DNA of 32,000 nucleotides, from assembly GCF_000186885.1 (NCBI RefSeq), contig NC_014972.1:1140001-1172000 (forward strand), read 5' to 3'. Of the stretch, positions 14,020 to 22,541 are shown one piece after another. The DNA comes from Desulfobulbus propionicus DSM 2032. GTDB lineage: Bacteria > Desulfobacterota > Desulfobulbia > Desulfobulbales > Desulfobulbaceae. Position 1 is the stretch's first letter. The number at the start of each line of letters is the position of its first letter. The translations under genes and the position numbers were made by a program. The notes below the pieces were generated by a model. The model ran no database searches. It was not told where the DNA came from and was given only the letters and a program-made list of their open reading frames with translations.

Positions 14020-15594
14020 TTACACCGGGCGAATCTCCACCTTGCCGGTCAGGAACTCTTTCACCGCACCGATCGGTACTTCCTTCCGGTGAAAGATGCC
14101 CGCTGCCAGGGCCGCTTCGGCGTTGGTCTTGGTAAACACCTCCAGGAAATGTTCCGCACATCCCGCACCGCTGGAGGCAATCACCGGGATGGTCACCGCC
14201 GCACGAACCGCATTGATCAGTTCAATGTCAAAGCCGGAGTTGGTGCCGTCCTTGTCGATACAGTTCAGGAGAATCTCGCCAGCTCCTAGCTGCTCACAGA
14301 CATGAGCCAGGGTGACCGCATCCACAGGGCGTCCTTCCCGGCCACCCTTGACGGTGCACTGGTACCAGCAGAAGCGCTCGCCATTGGGGCCGGGAAAACC
14401 AGTCTCGATCACCCGGTGTGGCACTGCCTCGGGGCTGTCAACATAGACCCGGCGCGGATCGATCGAGATCACCACCGCCTGGTTGCCATACACCCGGGCA
14501 ATCTGCTCGATGGAACTCAGGCCCGTGGCCTGGCCGGTTTTGAGCACCTGCTCGACGATCTCCACCGCGTCGGAACCGATGGACACCTTGTCCGCGCCGG
14601 CGCGGAAGTAGCGCGAGGCCACCTCCAGGGCGCTGTAGAAGCGGCCGTCGCGGTCGGTGAAGTCGCGGATGCCGCCGCCGATGGTTAGGGGAACAAAGAC
14701 GTTTTTCGAGGTCTGCTCCAGCACGTCGAGCATGGGCATGTCCTGGAGCGGAAAGTCGCGGAACCCGGTGATGTTGAGGAAGGTGATCTCGTCCGCGCCC
14801 TGCTCGTAGTAGTCGCCGGCCAGTTCCACCGGCTTGCCCAGATTGCGCACCGTGCCCTCGTCGCGGACATCGTACTGATCGCCCTTGGTCACCACCAGAT
14901 CACCCCGGTCGTTGGCGCGCACATCCAGGCAGGCGATGATGCGCTTGGCCAGGACCGTGGTCTGCGGGCAGGCGTTGGGACGCACGGCTTCGCGGTTGCC
15001 GGCGAGGAAATTCTCCAACAGCCTGAGGCCGGCGCGGCCGCTCTTTTCCGGATGGAACTGGGTGGCCACCATGGCCCCGCGCTGGATAGCGCTGACAAAT
15101 TCGTAGCCGTAGTCGGTGGTGGTGAGGATGTCGTCGCGCGAGGCCGGAGCCACATGAAAGGAGTGGACGAAATAGAACTTTTCATTGCCGGCCAGGCCCT
15201 GGAACAGCGGCGAGGCCTGGTGCATCTTCAGCCCGTTCCAGCCGATGTGCGGGATGGCGAGATCGCAGGTGAACCGCTGCACCCGGCCGGGCAGAATACC
15301 GAGCCCCGGTTCGTCCGGCGCCTCCTCGCTCGACTCGAACAGGGCCTGGAGGGCGACGCAGATGCCGAAAAAGGGTTTGCCCGAGTGCAGATAGCGGACC
15401 AGCGGTTCGCGCAGCTGTTTGTCGCGCAGGGTGTGCATCAGGGCGCCAAAGTTGCCCACGCCGGGAAAGACGAGCCGCTCGGCACGGTCGATGTCCGCGC
15501 CGCTGTTGACCAGCATCACGGTTTCGCCGAGCCGTTCGATGGCATTGATGACCGAGCGGACATTGCCGGCGCCGTAATCAAGAAGAGTAATCAT
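14020..15594 (-). CDS. hisHF: fused imidazole glycerol phosphate synthase (HisH glutaminase plus HisF cyclase in one 524-aa chain)
   Basis: The N-terminal part [15 protein letters not shown]...GICVALQ...QFHPEKS is a class I GATase (HisH). The C-terminal part [11 protein letters not shown]...IGGGIR...[13 protein letters not shown]...ASSGAG is HisF. Confidence 0.9.
   Translation of the reverse strand: MITLLDYGAGNVRSVINAIERLGETVMLVNSGADIDRAERLVFPGVGNFGALMHTLRDKQLREPLVRYLHSGKPFFGICVALQALFESSEEAPDEPGLGILPGRVQRFTCDLAIPHIGWNGLKMHQASPLFQGLAGNEKFYFVHSFHVAPASRDDILTTTDYGYEFVSAIQRGAMVATQFHPEKSGRAGLRLLENFLAGNREAVRPNACPQTTVLAKRIIACLDVRANDRGDLVVTKGDQYDVRDEGTVRNLGKPVELAGDYYEQGADEITFLNITGFRDFPLQDMPMLDVLEQTSKNVFVPLTIGGGIRDFTDRDGRFYSALEVASRYFRAGADKVSIGSDAVEIVEQVLKTGQATGLSSIEQIARVYGNQAVVISIDPRRVYVDSPEAVPHRVIETGFPGPNGERFCWYQCTVKGGREGRPVDAVTLAHVCEQLGAGEILLNCIDKDGTNSGFDIELINAVRAAVTIPVIASSGAGCAEHFLEVFTKTNAEAALAAGIFHRKEVPIGAVKEFLTGKVEIRPV
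14345..14371. repeat. 27-bp att core (right junction, inside hisHF)
   Basis: Identical to 5203-5229. Confidence 0.7.
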
Positions 15595-15790
15595 GGTTTT
15601 TTCTGCTCAGATACTTGCAAGGAGCGGAGAGAAACAGTACAAGGTCAGGCGTGCCGGTCTTCAGCGGTCCATGTGCCGGTTTTTCCCCGCGTTTGCCCGT
15701 AACGTGTGAAGTTGTTTATCCAATAGCCGGAAAAAAACGTTTTGTAGAGCAGTTTCCGGTTCAAGTCAAGATCAATTCCAGTCTCGCCCT

Positions 15791-16678
15791 ATGCAAGCCA
15801 TTCTCCTCGCCGCAGGCTACGGAACCCGTCTGCGTCCCTATACCGATATTCGGCCCAAACCGCTGTTCCCGGTGGTCAACCAGCCGCTGTTGCACCGTCT
15901 GCTTGGCCAGTTGCAGGCCCGCGACTGCTGGCCGGTGCTGGTCAACTGCCACCATCTGGCCGCCCAGATCGAAACCGCTCTGGCACCGTGGCCCGGGATA
16001 CTCATCCAGCACGAGCCGGAGATCCTCGGTACCGGCGGGGCGTTGCGCAAGGGACTCGATCGCCTGGACAACGATCCGGTGCTGGTGATGAACGGCGATC
16101 TCTATCACGACATCGATCCGGAGTGGGTTTACCACCGGCATCTGCTGTCGAAAAACGATGTCACCCTGGCCCTGCACGACTATCCCCGCTTCAATACCGT
16201 GGGCGTGGAGGGCGACCGGGTGCGGAGCTTCGGCGACGGTCAGGGCGAACAACTGGCCTTCACCGGCATCCATGTGGTCGATCCGGAGGTGATCGAGCGG
16301 ATACCGGCCGGCAGGTTCCACCACATCATCGATCTTTATCGTGAGTTGGCCGCAGCTGGCAAGGTGGGCTACTGCCGGGTGGATGGCCGCTGCTGGCGGG
16401 ACATCGGTACCCCGGCGGATTACCTTGACCTGCACCGGGAACTGCTGGCGGCACACGAGGGGTGGGTGATCGATCCGTCCGCCCGCCTCGGCAGTGGAGT
16501 GGTGCTGGAAGAGTGGGGCTGCATCGGCGCTGGCGCGATGATCGGCGATGGTGCCCGTTTGTGCCGCAGCGTGGTCTGGGACGGGGCGGAGATCGCGGCG
16601 GGCAGCCGGTTCAGCGATGCCATTGTCAGCGGCGATGCGGCCATCGACGCGGCGGCCTGTTCAGCGGGCCAGCCATGA
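15791..16678 (+). CDS. sugar-phosphate nucleotidyltransferase (MurU/GCD1-like) with a C-terminal left-handed beta-helix
   Basis: LLAAGYGTRLRPYTDIRPKPL is the nucleotidyltransferase signature. The C-terminus has hexapeptide-like repeats. Confidence 0.8.
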   Translation: MQAILLAAGYGTRLRPYTDIRPKPLFPVVNQPLLHRLLGQLQARDCWPVLVNCHHLAAQIETALAPWPGILIQHEPEILGTGGALRKGLDRLDNDPVLVMNGDLYHDIDPEWVYHRHLLSKNDVTLALHDYPRFNTVGVEGDRVRSFGDGQGEQLAFTGIHVVDPEVIERIPAGRFHHIIDLYRELAAAGKVGYCRVDGRCWRDIGTPADYLDLHRELLAAHEGWVIDPSARLGSGVVLEEWGCIGAGAMIGDGARLCRSVVWDGAEIAAGSRFSDAIVSGDAAIDAAACSAGQP

Positions 16679-17715
16679 ACGTGGCCCAGCTCATCAGCCT
16701 TGCCGCCCAGCTTCTGGGCAAACCGGAACAGGCCTGGAACGAGACCAGCGTGCAGGTGACTGCCGTGGTGCCGGACGGTTCCTCGCGCCGCTTTTTCCAG
16801 CTGCGGGACGCGGACGGCCAGGGCTGTCTGGCCATTCTGCCGCCGGAACAGGATCCGCGCGGCCGGGCCGAGGCCGAGGCCTTTTTCCGTATCGGCACCC
16901 ATCTGCAACAAACAGGCGCGCCGACCCCCGAGATCCTGGCCTTTGATCCGGCCACCGGCCTGGCCCTGTGCGAGGATCTGGGCGACCACCGGCTGTACGA
17001 GCAGGTGAGCGGCCAGGGGATCGAGCAATCCCTGGACCTGTACGAACAGGCCGTGCGCCGGTTGGCCCGCATGCAGGTGCGAGCGGCCGAGGGCTTCGAT
17101 CCTGCCTGGTGTTGGGATTCGCCCCGCTACGACCGCCAACTGATGCGAGAGCGGGAGTCGGGCTATTTTCTCCGTGCCTGCTGCACCGACCTGCTCGGGC
17201 TCGCCTTTGACCGCGAGGCCGTGGAGCTTGAATGTGCCCAACTGGCCGAGGCCGCCGCCCAGGCACCGGCCGATTTTTTCCTCCACCGCGATTTCCAGTG
17301 CCGCAACATCATGCTGACCGGAGGCGCGGTGCGGTTCATCGACTTCCAGGGGGGGCGCTTGGGCCCCCTGGCCTATGACCTGGCCTCGCTGCTGCTCGAC
17401 CCCTACGCGGCCCTGCCTTCATCGATGCAGGACCATCTGCTGACGGTCTATCTCGACGCCCTGCGCGAACTGATTCCCTATGACCCCGAGCAGTTCCGCC
17501 GTGAATATCTGTTGCTGGCCCTGCAGCGCAACCTGCAGATCCTCGGCGCCTTCGCGTATTTAAGTCAGGTGCGGCGCAAGCCTTTTTTCGCCCAGTTTCT
17601 CCGACCCGCCCTGGCCTCGCTCCGAGGGTTGCTTGCCAAACCCGAGGCCGCCGGGTATGCTGCCCTCAACCACTTAACCGACCAATGCCGCCAGGAGCTG
17701 AAACACCGATCATGA
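16675..17715 (+). CDS. aminoglycoside-phosphotransferase-fold kinase (AmgK-like anomeric sugar kinase)
   Basis: The start was set at the ATG at 16675 (ATGA overlap with the upstream stop). HRDFQCRN and IDFQG are catalytic motifs. Pairing with a nucleotidyltransferase resembles AmgK-MurU. Confidence 0.75.
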   Translation: MNVAQLISLAAQLLGKPEQAWNETSVQVTAVVPDGSSRRFFQLRDADGQGCLAILPPEQDPRGRAEAEAFFRIGTHLQQTGAPTPEILAFDPATGLALCEDLGDHRLYEQVSGQGIEQSLDLYEQAVRRLARMQVRAAEGFDPAWCWDSPRYDRQLMRERESGYFLRACCTDLLGLAFDREAVELECAQLAEAAAQAPADFFLHRDFQCRNIMLTGGAVRFIDFQGGRLGPLAYDLASLLLDPYAALPSSMQDHLLTVYLDALRELIPYDPEQFRREYLLLALQRNLQILGAFAYLSQVRRKPFFAQFLRPALASLRGLLAKPEAAGYAALNHLTDQCRQELKHRS

Positions 17716-19049
17716 CCAACGACAACGCCACCCTGGTGGCCCTCATCGGCCGCCCCAACGTGGGCAAATCCACCCTGTTCAACCGCATGGTCAAGCGCCG
17801 CGACGCCCTGGTCGACCCGACCCCCGGCGTCACCCGCGACCGCCACTACGCCCGGGTCAGCTGGGAGGAGCATCCCTTCATCCTAGTGGACACCGGCGGT
17901 ATCGACGACGAGGACGACACCATCACCAACCATATCCGCCATCAGGCCCTGCTGGCCATCGAGGAGGCGGACGTCATCTTTTTTCTCATGGACGGCCGTG
18001 AGGGGCTGACCCCCAGCGACATCGAGATCGTCGATCTCCTGCGCCGCACCGAGAAAAAGGTCTTTTTCATCGTCAACAAGATCGACAGCCCGGAAATCGA
18101 AGATGCCCTGCTCGCCCCCTTCTGGGAACTGGGGGTCGACCAGCTGTGGGCACTTTCCGGCGATCACGGCTACGGCTACCAGACCTTGATGGAAGGGTTG
18201 CTGCCGTATCTGGAGAAGACCGACCTGCAGACCGAGCTGCCGGACAACACCATGCGCATCGCCTTCCTCGGCCGTCCCAATGTGGGCAAGTCGTCGATGG
18301 TCAACGCCATCATCGGCCAGGAGCGGATGGTGGTTTCCGACATTGCCGGCACCACCCGCGATTCGGTCGATACCCTGGTCACCCGCGACCCGTACACCTA
18401 CCTGCTCATCGATACCGCCGGCATCCGCCGCAAGGGCAAGACCACCGACAAGCTGGAGAAATTCTCGGTGTTGAAAGCCCTCAAGGCCCTGGGCCGGTGC
18501 GACATCGCCCTGGTGCTGATCGACGCCGAGGAGGGCATCACCGAACAGGACACCAAGGTGATCGGCTACACCCAGGACCAGGGCAGGGCGCTGATCGTCC
18601 TGATCAACAAGTGGGATCTGATCAAGGACGACAAGAAACGGCAGGAGCAGCTGATGCAGGAAGTGGAGATAGCGATCAAGTTCATCCCTTTTGCGCCGGT
18701 GCTCAAGGTTTCGGCCCTGACCGGCACCGGGATCAAGCGGCTCTTTCCCGAGATCGGCAAGGTCCACCGCCAGTTTCATCAGCGTTTTCCCACCGCCGCC
18801 CTCAACCGGCTCCTGGCCGACGCCGTGGCCAGGCACGAGCCGCCCTACTACCACGGCCGCCGGCTCAAATTCTACTACACCGCCCAGTTGGGCACGGCAC
18901 CGCCCCTGTTCGCCGTGGTCGCCAGCGATCCCAAGGGGATCCATTTTTCCTATCAGCGCTATCTGACCAACTGTTTCCGCGAGGGGCTGGGGCTGGACAA
19001 GGTGCCGGTCCGGCTGTTGTTCCGCGAGCGCAGCGGGCGGAAGAAGTGA
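17712..19049 (+). CDS. der: ribosome-associated GTPase Der/EngA (two tandem GTPase domains plus KH-like domain)
   Basis: GRPNVGKST and GRPNVGKSS P-loops, DTGG and DTAG, NKID and NKWD motifs. The ATG at 17712 overlaps the upstream stop. Confidence 0.9.
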   Translation: MTNDNATLVALIGRPNVGKSTLFNRMVKRRDALVDPTPGVTRDRHYARVSWEEHPFILVDTGGIDDEDDTITNHIRHQALLAIEEADVIFFLMDGREGLTPSDIEIVDLLRRTEKKVFFIVNKIDSPEIEDALLAPFWELGVDQLWALSGDHGYGYQTLMEGLLPYLEKTDLQTELPDNTMRIAFLGRPNVGKSSMVNAIIGQERMVVSDIAGTTRDSVDTLVTRDPYTYLLIDTAGIRRKGKTTDKLEKFSVLKALKALGRCDIALVLIDAEEGITEQDTKVIGYTQDQGRALIVLINKWDLIKDDKKRQEQLMQEVEIAIKFIPFAPVLKVSALTGTGIKRLFPEIGKVHRQFHQRFPTAALNRLLADAVARHEPPYYHGRRLKFYYTAQLGTAPPLFAVVASDPKGIHFSYQRYLTNCFREGLGLDKVPVRLLFRERSGRKK

Positions 19050-19105
19050 ACGGGAAGGGGAGGCGGTGACCGAATCGCGGCGCGCGGACCGCCTCGGCCG
19101 GACGC

Positions 19106-19444
19106 TTATCGGTCGTCGCAGAAGCGGGACACCGTGTACTGCAAATTGGTGATCATGGCCTGAAAATCGTGGGAGCAGACGCCGTTTTTACACTGTTGTT
19201 CAAGAGCAGCGGCGGTCTCCGCCAGATCGTGCAGGCCGACATTGAGCAGGGCGCCCTTGACCGCGTGGCTGGCACGGCCCAACTGCTCCAGATCACTGTC
19301 GGCGGCCAGTTCGGCCAGCCGGTCCATGTGCGAGCGCAGGGCGTTGACGAACACCGGAATCATGGTTTCGGCCTTGTCCTCGCTGAGCAGGTAGGCGCTC
19401 ATGAGATGCTCTTTCATCCTGTGCAGATAGGCCGCGCGATCCAT
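19106..19444 (-). CDS. HPt (histidine phosphotransfer) domain protein, 112 aa
   Basis: The start at 19444 follows GGGAGGAGGAAAACC. The SHAVKGALLNVG motif is present. The longer tracked ORF was rejected. Confidence 0.75.
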   Translation of the reverse strand: MDRAAYLHRMKEHLMSAYLLSEDKAETMIPVFVNALRSHMDRLAELAADSDLEQLGRASHAVKGALLNVGLHDLAETAAALEQQCKNGVCSHDFQAMITNLQYTVSRFCDDR

Positions 19445-19546
19445 GGTTTTCCTCCTCCCTGTGCGAGTGGTCGTCCGGGAACATTCATCGCCACCAGCAT
19501 AGAGCATTTTTGCCCGTGATTCAAGGAGCGGACAAGGAAGACAACC

Positions 19547-20584
19547 GTGCTGCACCCGCTTGAACAAACTATCCGGCAGACCCTGCGGCGCGAGTCGCTC
19601 GCCGGCGCCGGGGATCGCATCCTCGTCGGCGTGTCCGGCGGCGCTGATTCCCTGGCGCTGTTGCATCTGCTGGCGGCGCTTCGCGGGGAAATATCCCTGA
19701 CCCTGATTGCCGCCTATGTCGATCATGGATTGCGTCCCAAGGAAACCCCGGCGGAATGGGCCTGCGTGCAGGAGGCCGCTGCCGTTCTGGGTATCAACAG
19801 CGTGCGCGCGGTCGCGGACGTGCATGGCCGCGCAGCCCGGCAAAAATTGTCGCTGGAACACGCGGCCCGGGAAGCGCGTTACCAGGCGTTGGGCGCATTG
19901 ATCCGACAGCAGGGGGCAAATCTCCTGGCCGTGGCCCATACCGCCGATGATCAAGCCGAAGAGATTCTGTTGCGGCTGTTTCGCGGCGGCGGCCGCAAGG
20001 CCTTATCCGGGATGCGGATGCGCGCCGGCCATCTGATCCGGCCCCTGCTGGCCACCCGCAAGGCGATGCTGTTGGCCTATCTCCGCGACCAGGGCATCGG
20101 CTACTGTCACGATTCGAGCAACGACGATCGCCGATTCCTTCGCAACCGCATCCGCCTCGACCTTCTGCCGCTCTTGGAACTGGACTACGATCCCGGCATC
20201 CGCCAGGCCCTGCTCAAGACGGCGGCCAATCTTCGCGAGGATGAGGACCTGTTGGAGCAGCTGCTGGCCGCCAGGTGGGAGGCTGTGGTGACCATCGAGC
20301 AGGCGGTCGAGGCCGCCTGTCCGATCGCCAGACTCGACCGTTCTCCTTTCCGAGGTCTGCATCCGGCCCTGCAGCGCCGCCTGGTGGAGCGGCTGCTGTG
20401 GACGTTGGGCGCCGTCGCCCGTTACGACCACATTCTTGCGGTGCTCGAAGCAGCCCGCCATGGCCGCACCGGCAGCGAGTTGCACCTCGGCCAGGGGTTG
20501 CGGGTCAGGGTGCGGCGCGATTCCCTCGAATTCTCCTATCCGCTGGGCAAAGGTCCCTGGCGCGGTCGCCTCGCTCGCCCCTGA
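19547..20584 (+). CDS. tilS: tRNA(Ile)-lysidine synthase
   Basis: PP-loop VGVSGGADSLALL. GTG start with AAGGAAG upstream. Confidence 0.85.
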   Translation: MLHPLEQTIRQTLRRESLAGAGDRILVGVSGGADSLALLHLLAALRGEISLTLIAAYVDHGLRPKETPAEWACVQEAAAVLGINSVRAVADVHGRAARQKLSLEHAAREARYQALGALIRQQGANLLAVAHTADDQAEEILLRLFRGGGRKALSGMRMRAGHLIRPLLATRKAMLLAYLRDQGIGYCHDSSNDDRRFLRNRIRLDLLPLLELDYDPGIRQALLKTAANLREDEDLLEQLLAARWEAVVTIEQAVEAACPIARLDRSPFRGLHPALQRRLVERLLWTLGAVARYDHILAVLEAARHGRTGSELHLGQGLRVRVRRDSLEFSYPLGKGPWRGRLARP

Positions 20585-20713
20585 GCCTTCCCGCCTCTCC
20601 TTCGACAATTCCGTCGAGCCCTGCCGCCAGGTTGTCGAAGTCTTGGACCCGCGTTTGTTCTGTTTTTTTTCTATCTGTTTGAATTGTTGTGCAAAAAAAA
20701 TCGGTAAATGCGT

Positions 20714-20729
20714 TGGCACGGATGTTGGA
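20714..20729 (+). promoter_or_regulatory. sigma-54 (-24/-12) promoter candidate for the zraP-like gene
   Basis: TGGCACGGATGTTGGA compared with the consensus TGGCACG-N4-TTGCW has one mismatch (TTGG for TTGC). It lies 76 nt upstream of the ATG at 20805. A sigma-54 activator gene is encoded nearby, convergent with this gene. Confidence 0.55.
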
Positions 20730-20804
20730 ATGAAAGAGGTGACAACGTATTGGTGGTTCCCGAGCGGGAACTGTTACTTGGAACACAAACAACGAGGTGC
20801 AACA

Positions 20805-21152
20805 ATGAAAACGATCAAAAAGAGTCTGCTGGTTCTCGCGACCCTGATGCTGGCCGCCACGGCTGCCTGGGCGGTGGATTATTCCAAGATGTCCACCGAT
20901 GAGTTGAGTGCGGCGCGCGGTACCCTGTACAATGCCACTCCCGAGGAGTGGAACGCCTTTCATACCGAGTGGTGGAAACGGCTGAGCCAGATGAGCCCGG
21001 AAGAGCGGCAGAAGTATCTGGGACCGGGCATGGGCCGCGGCATGGGTCGGGGAATGGGCAAAGGTATGGGCATGGGTCGCGGCATGGGGTGCTGCCCCTG
21101 CTGGGCGGTGCCGACCGCTCCGGGTCAGGCGCCGGCAGCCGCAGGTAAATAA
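20805..21152 (+). CDS. secreted ZraP/Spy-like protein with a Gly/Met-rich C-terminal tail
   Basis: Signal peptide MKTIKKSLLVLATLMLAATAAWA, then a helical core, then GPGMGRGMGRGMGKGMGMGRGMGCCPCW. As I recall it, the E. coli ZraP C-terminus is similarly GMGMG-rich. Confidence 0.6.
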   Translation: MKTIKKSLLVLATLMLAATAAWAVDYSKMSTDELSAARGTLYNATPEEWNAFHTEWWKRLSQMSPEERQKYLGPGMGRGMGRGMGKGMGMGRGMGCCPCWAVPTAPGQAPAAAGK

Positions 21153-21209
21153 CGTTTTCCTCCCGTGATCGGGTGCCGCTCTCCTTGGACGGAGACGCGG
21201 CGCCCGCCG

Positions 21210-22541
21210 TTATCGTTTTTTCTCGATGCCCAATCGTTCCATCTTGTAGCGCAGCACCCGCTCGCTGATGCCCAGGGACTCGGCGGCATGGGTCTGGACC
21301 CAGTTGTGGCGCTCCAGGGCTTCGATGAGCATCTGCCGTTCCACCTCGGCCAGGCGGTCGTTGAGATCGCCCTCGCTTGTCGCCCCGCGATAATCCCGGA
21401 TCTCGGGCGGCAGGTCACGCAGGCCGATGTTGGTTGAGCGGGCCAGGGTCACGGTCCGTTGCAGGACATGTTCCAGCTCCCGGATATTGCCGGGGAACGG
21501 ATACTTGCTCAGTTGCGCGAGGGCCTGGTCGTCGAACACGGCCGGGCTTTGGTATTTGTGGAGGAAAAAGCGGATCAGCTCAGGAATTTCCTCCTTGCGC
21601 CGCCGCAGGGGTGGGATGTCGAGGGCGATGACGTTGAGCCGGAAATAGAGATCCTCGCGAAAGCCGCCCGCTGCCACCATCTGCTTGAGGTCGCGATTGG
21701 TGGCCGCCAGGATGCGGACATCCACCGGCAGCAGCTGCTCGCCGCCCACCCGACTGAAGGTTTTTTCCTGCAGGGTCCGCAGCAGCTTCGCCTGCACCGC
21801 CAGGGGCAGCTCGCCGACCTCGTCGAGCAGCAGGGTTCCGCCGTGGGCTTGTTCAACCACCCCACGCCGCCGGTTGGCCGCGCCGGTGAAGGCGCCTTTT
21901 TCGTGGCCGAACAGTTCGGACTCAAACAACCCTTCGGGCACGGCCGCGCAGTTGAGGGGGATGAACGGGCCTTCCTTGCGCGGGCTGAGCAGGTGGATGA
22001 GCCGGGCGATGAGTTCCTTACCGGTGCCGGTTTCACCCTGGATCAGCACGGTCCAGGGGCTGGGCGCGGCCCGCATCACCAGGGAAAGGACCTGACGCAT
22101 GGCCGGGCTGGCGGCGATCATCCGCACCGGCAGGGCCTCGGTGTCAATGGTTTCCTCGACCCGGGCGACATCATCGGCGATAAAGAGCTGTTCCTCAATG
22201 ACGCGGATCTTGGCGAGCAGCGCCTCAAGATCGATCGGCTTTTCCAGGAAATCGTCCGCGCCCAGCCGCATCACCCGCACCGCGGTGTCCACCGCCCCGT
22301 AGGCAGTGATCATGATCACCCTGGCCAGCGGGCTCTGTGCCTTGATCCGGGCCAACACCTCGTCGCCGTTCATGTCCGGCATGCGGTGATCGAGTAGCAC
22401 CAAGTCGATCGGCTGGCGCATGAACTGGCTCAGGGCCTCGGTGCCGTTAGCCGCCTCGTGCACGGTATAGCCCTGCTTCTTGAGAAAGCCGCTGAGCATG
22501 TCCCGCTGCAACGGCTCGTCATCGACGATCAGAATACGCAT
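21210..22541 (-). CDS. sigma-54-dependent response regulator (NtrC/ZraR family)
   Basis: REC domain (MRILIVDDE...LLDHRMPDMNG), AAA+ domain GETGTGKE with ESELFGHEKGAFTGA, and a C-terminal Fis-type HTH. Confidence 0.9.
   Translation of the reverse strand: MRILIVDDEPLQRDMLSGFLKKQGYTVHEAANGTEALSQFMRQPIDLVLLDHRMPDMNGDEVLARIKAQSPLARVIMITAYGAVDTAVRVMRLGADDFLEKPIDLEALLAKIRVIEEQLFIADDVARVEETIDTEALPVRMIAASPAMRQVLSLVMRAAPSPWTVLIQGETGTGKELIARLIHLLSPRKEGPFIPLNCAAVPEGLFESELFGHEKGAFTGAANRRRGVVEQAHGGTLLLDEVGELPLAVQAKLLRTLQEKTFSRVGGEQLLPVDVRILAATNRDLKQMVAAGGFREDLYFRLNVIALDIPPLRRRKEEIPELIRFFLHKYQSPAVFDDQALAQLSKYPFPGNIRELEHVLQRTVTLARSTNIGLRDLPPEIRDYRGATSEGDLNDRLAEVERQMLIEALERHNWVQTHAAESLGISERVLRYKMERLGIEKKR

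Larger units (their letters stand above)
5203..14371. mobile_element. integrative island of about 9.2 kb (integrase plus primase-helicase, satellite/GI-like) inserted in the 3' end of hisHF
   Basis: Direct repeats lie at both ends, with the integrase next to the left junction. The island carries a substitute hisF 3' end and terminator. Its composition is mosaic and largely AT-rich, unlike the GC-rich flanks. Confidence 0.75.

Noticed and set aside
5203-14371. Search for a tRNA or tmRNA gene as the island's integration target, which is usual for P4-type integrases.
   Set aside because: No cloverleaf-like sequence (no GTTCGAATC-type T-arm, no CCA-proximal acceptor repeat) was seen at either junction. 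The duplicated sequence is clearly the hisF 3' coding end.
14008-19069. Many long ORFs antisense or out of frame to hisHF, the nucleotidyltransferase, the kinase and der, for example 15052-15702, 15761-16456, 16420-17286, 17883-18944 and 18146-19069.
   Set aside because: These are high-GC shadow ORFs with Arg/Gly/Pro/Ala-rich composition. Each overlaps a gene with clear conserved motifs.
21030-21100. Short tandem nucleotide periodicity (GGCATGGGYCGNGGN repeats), considered as a tandem-repeat or CRISPR-like feature.
   Set aside because: It is the coding sequence of the (GMGR)n low-complexity tail of the ZraP-like protein. There are no spacers and no repeat-spacer architecture.
21175-21201. 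Hairpin GCCGCTCTCC-TTGGAC-GGAGA(C)GCGGC between the convergent zraP-like and regulator genes, considered as a bidirectional terminator.
   Set aside because: No U-tract on either strand. It may still act as a terminator, but it is not supportable from sequence alone.
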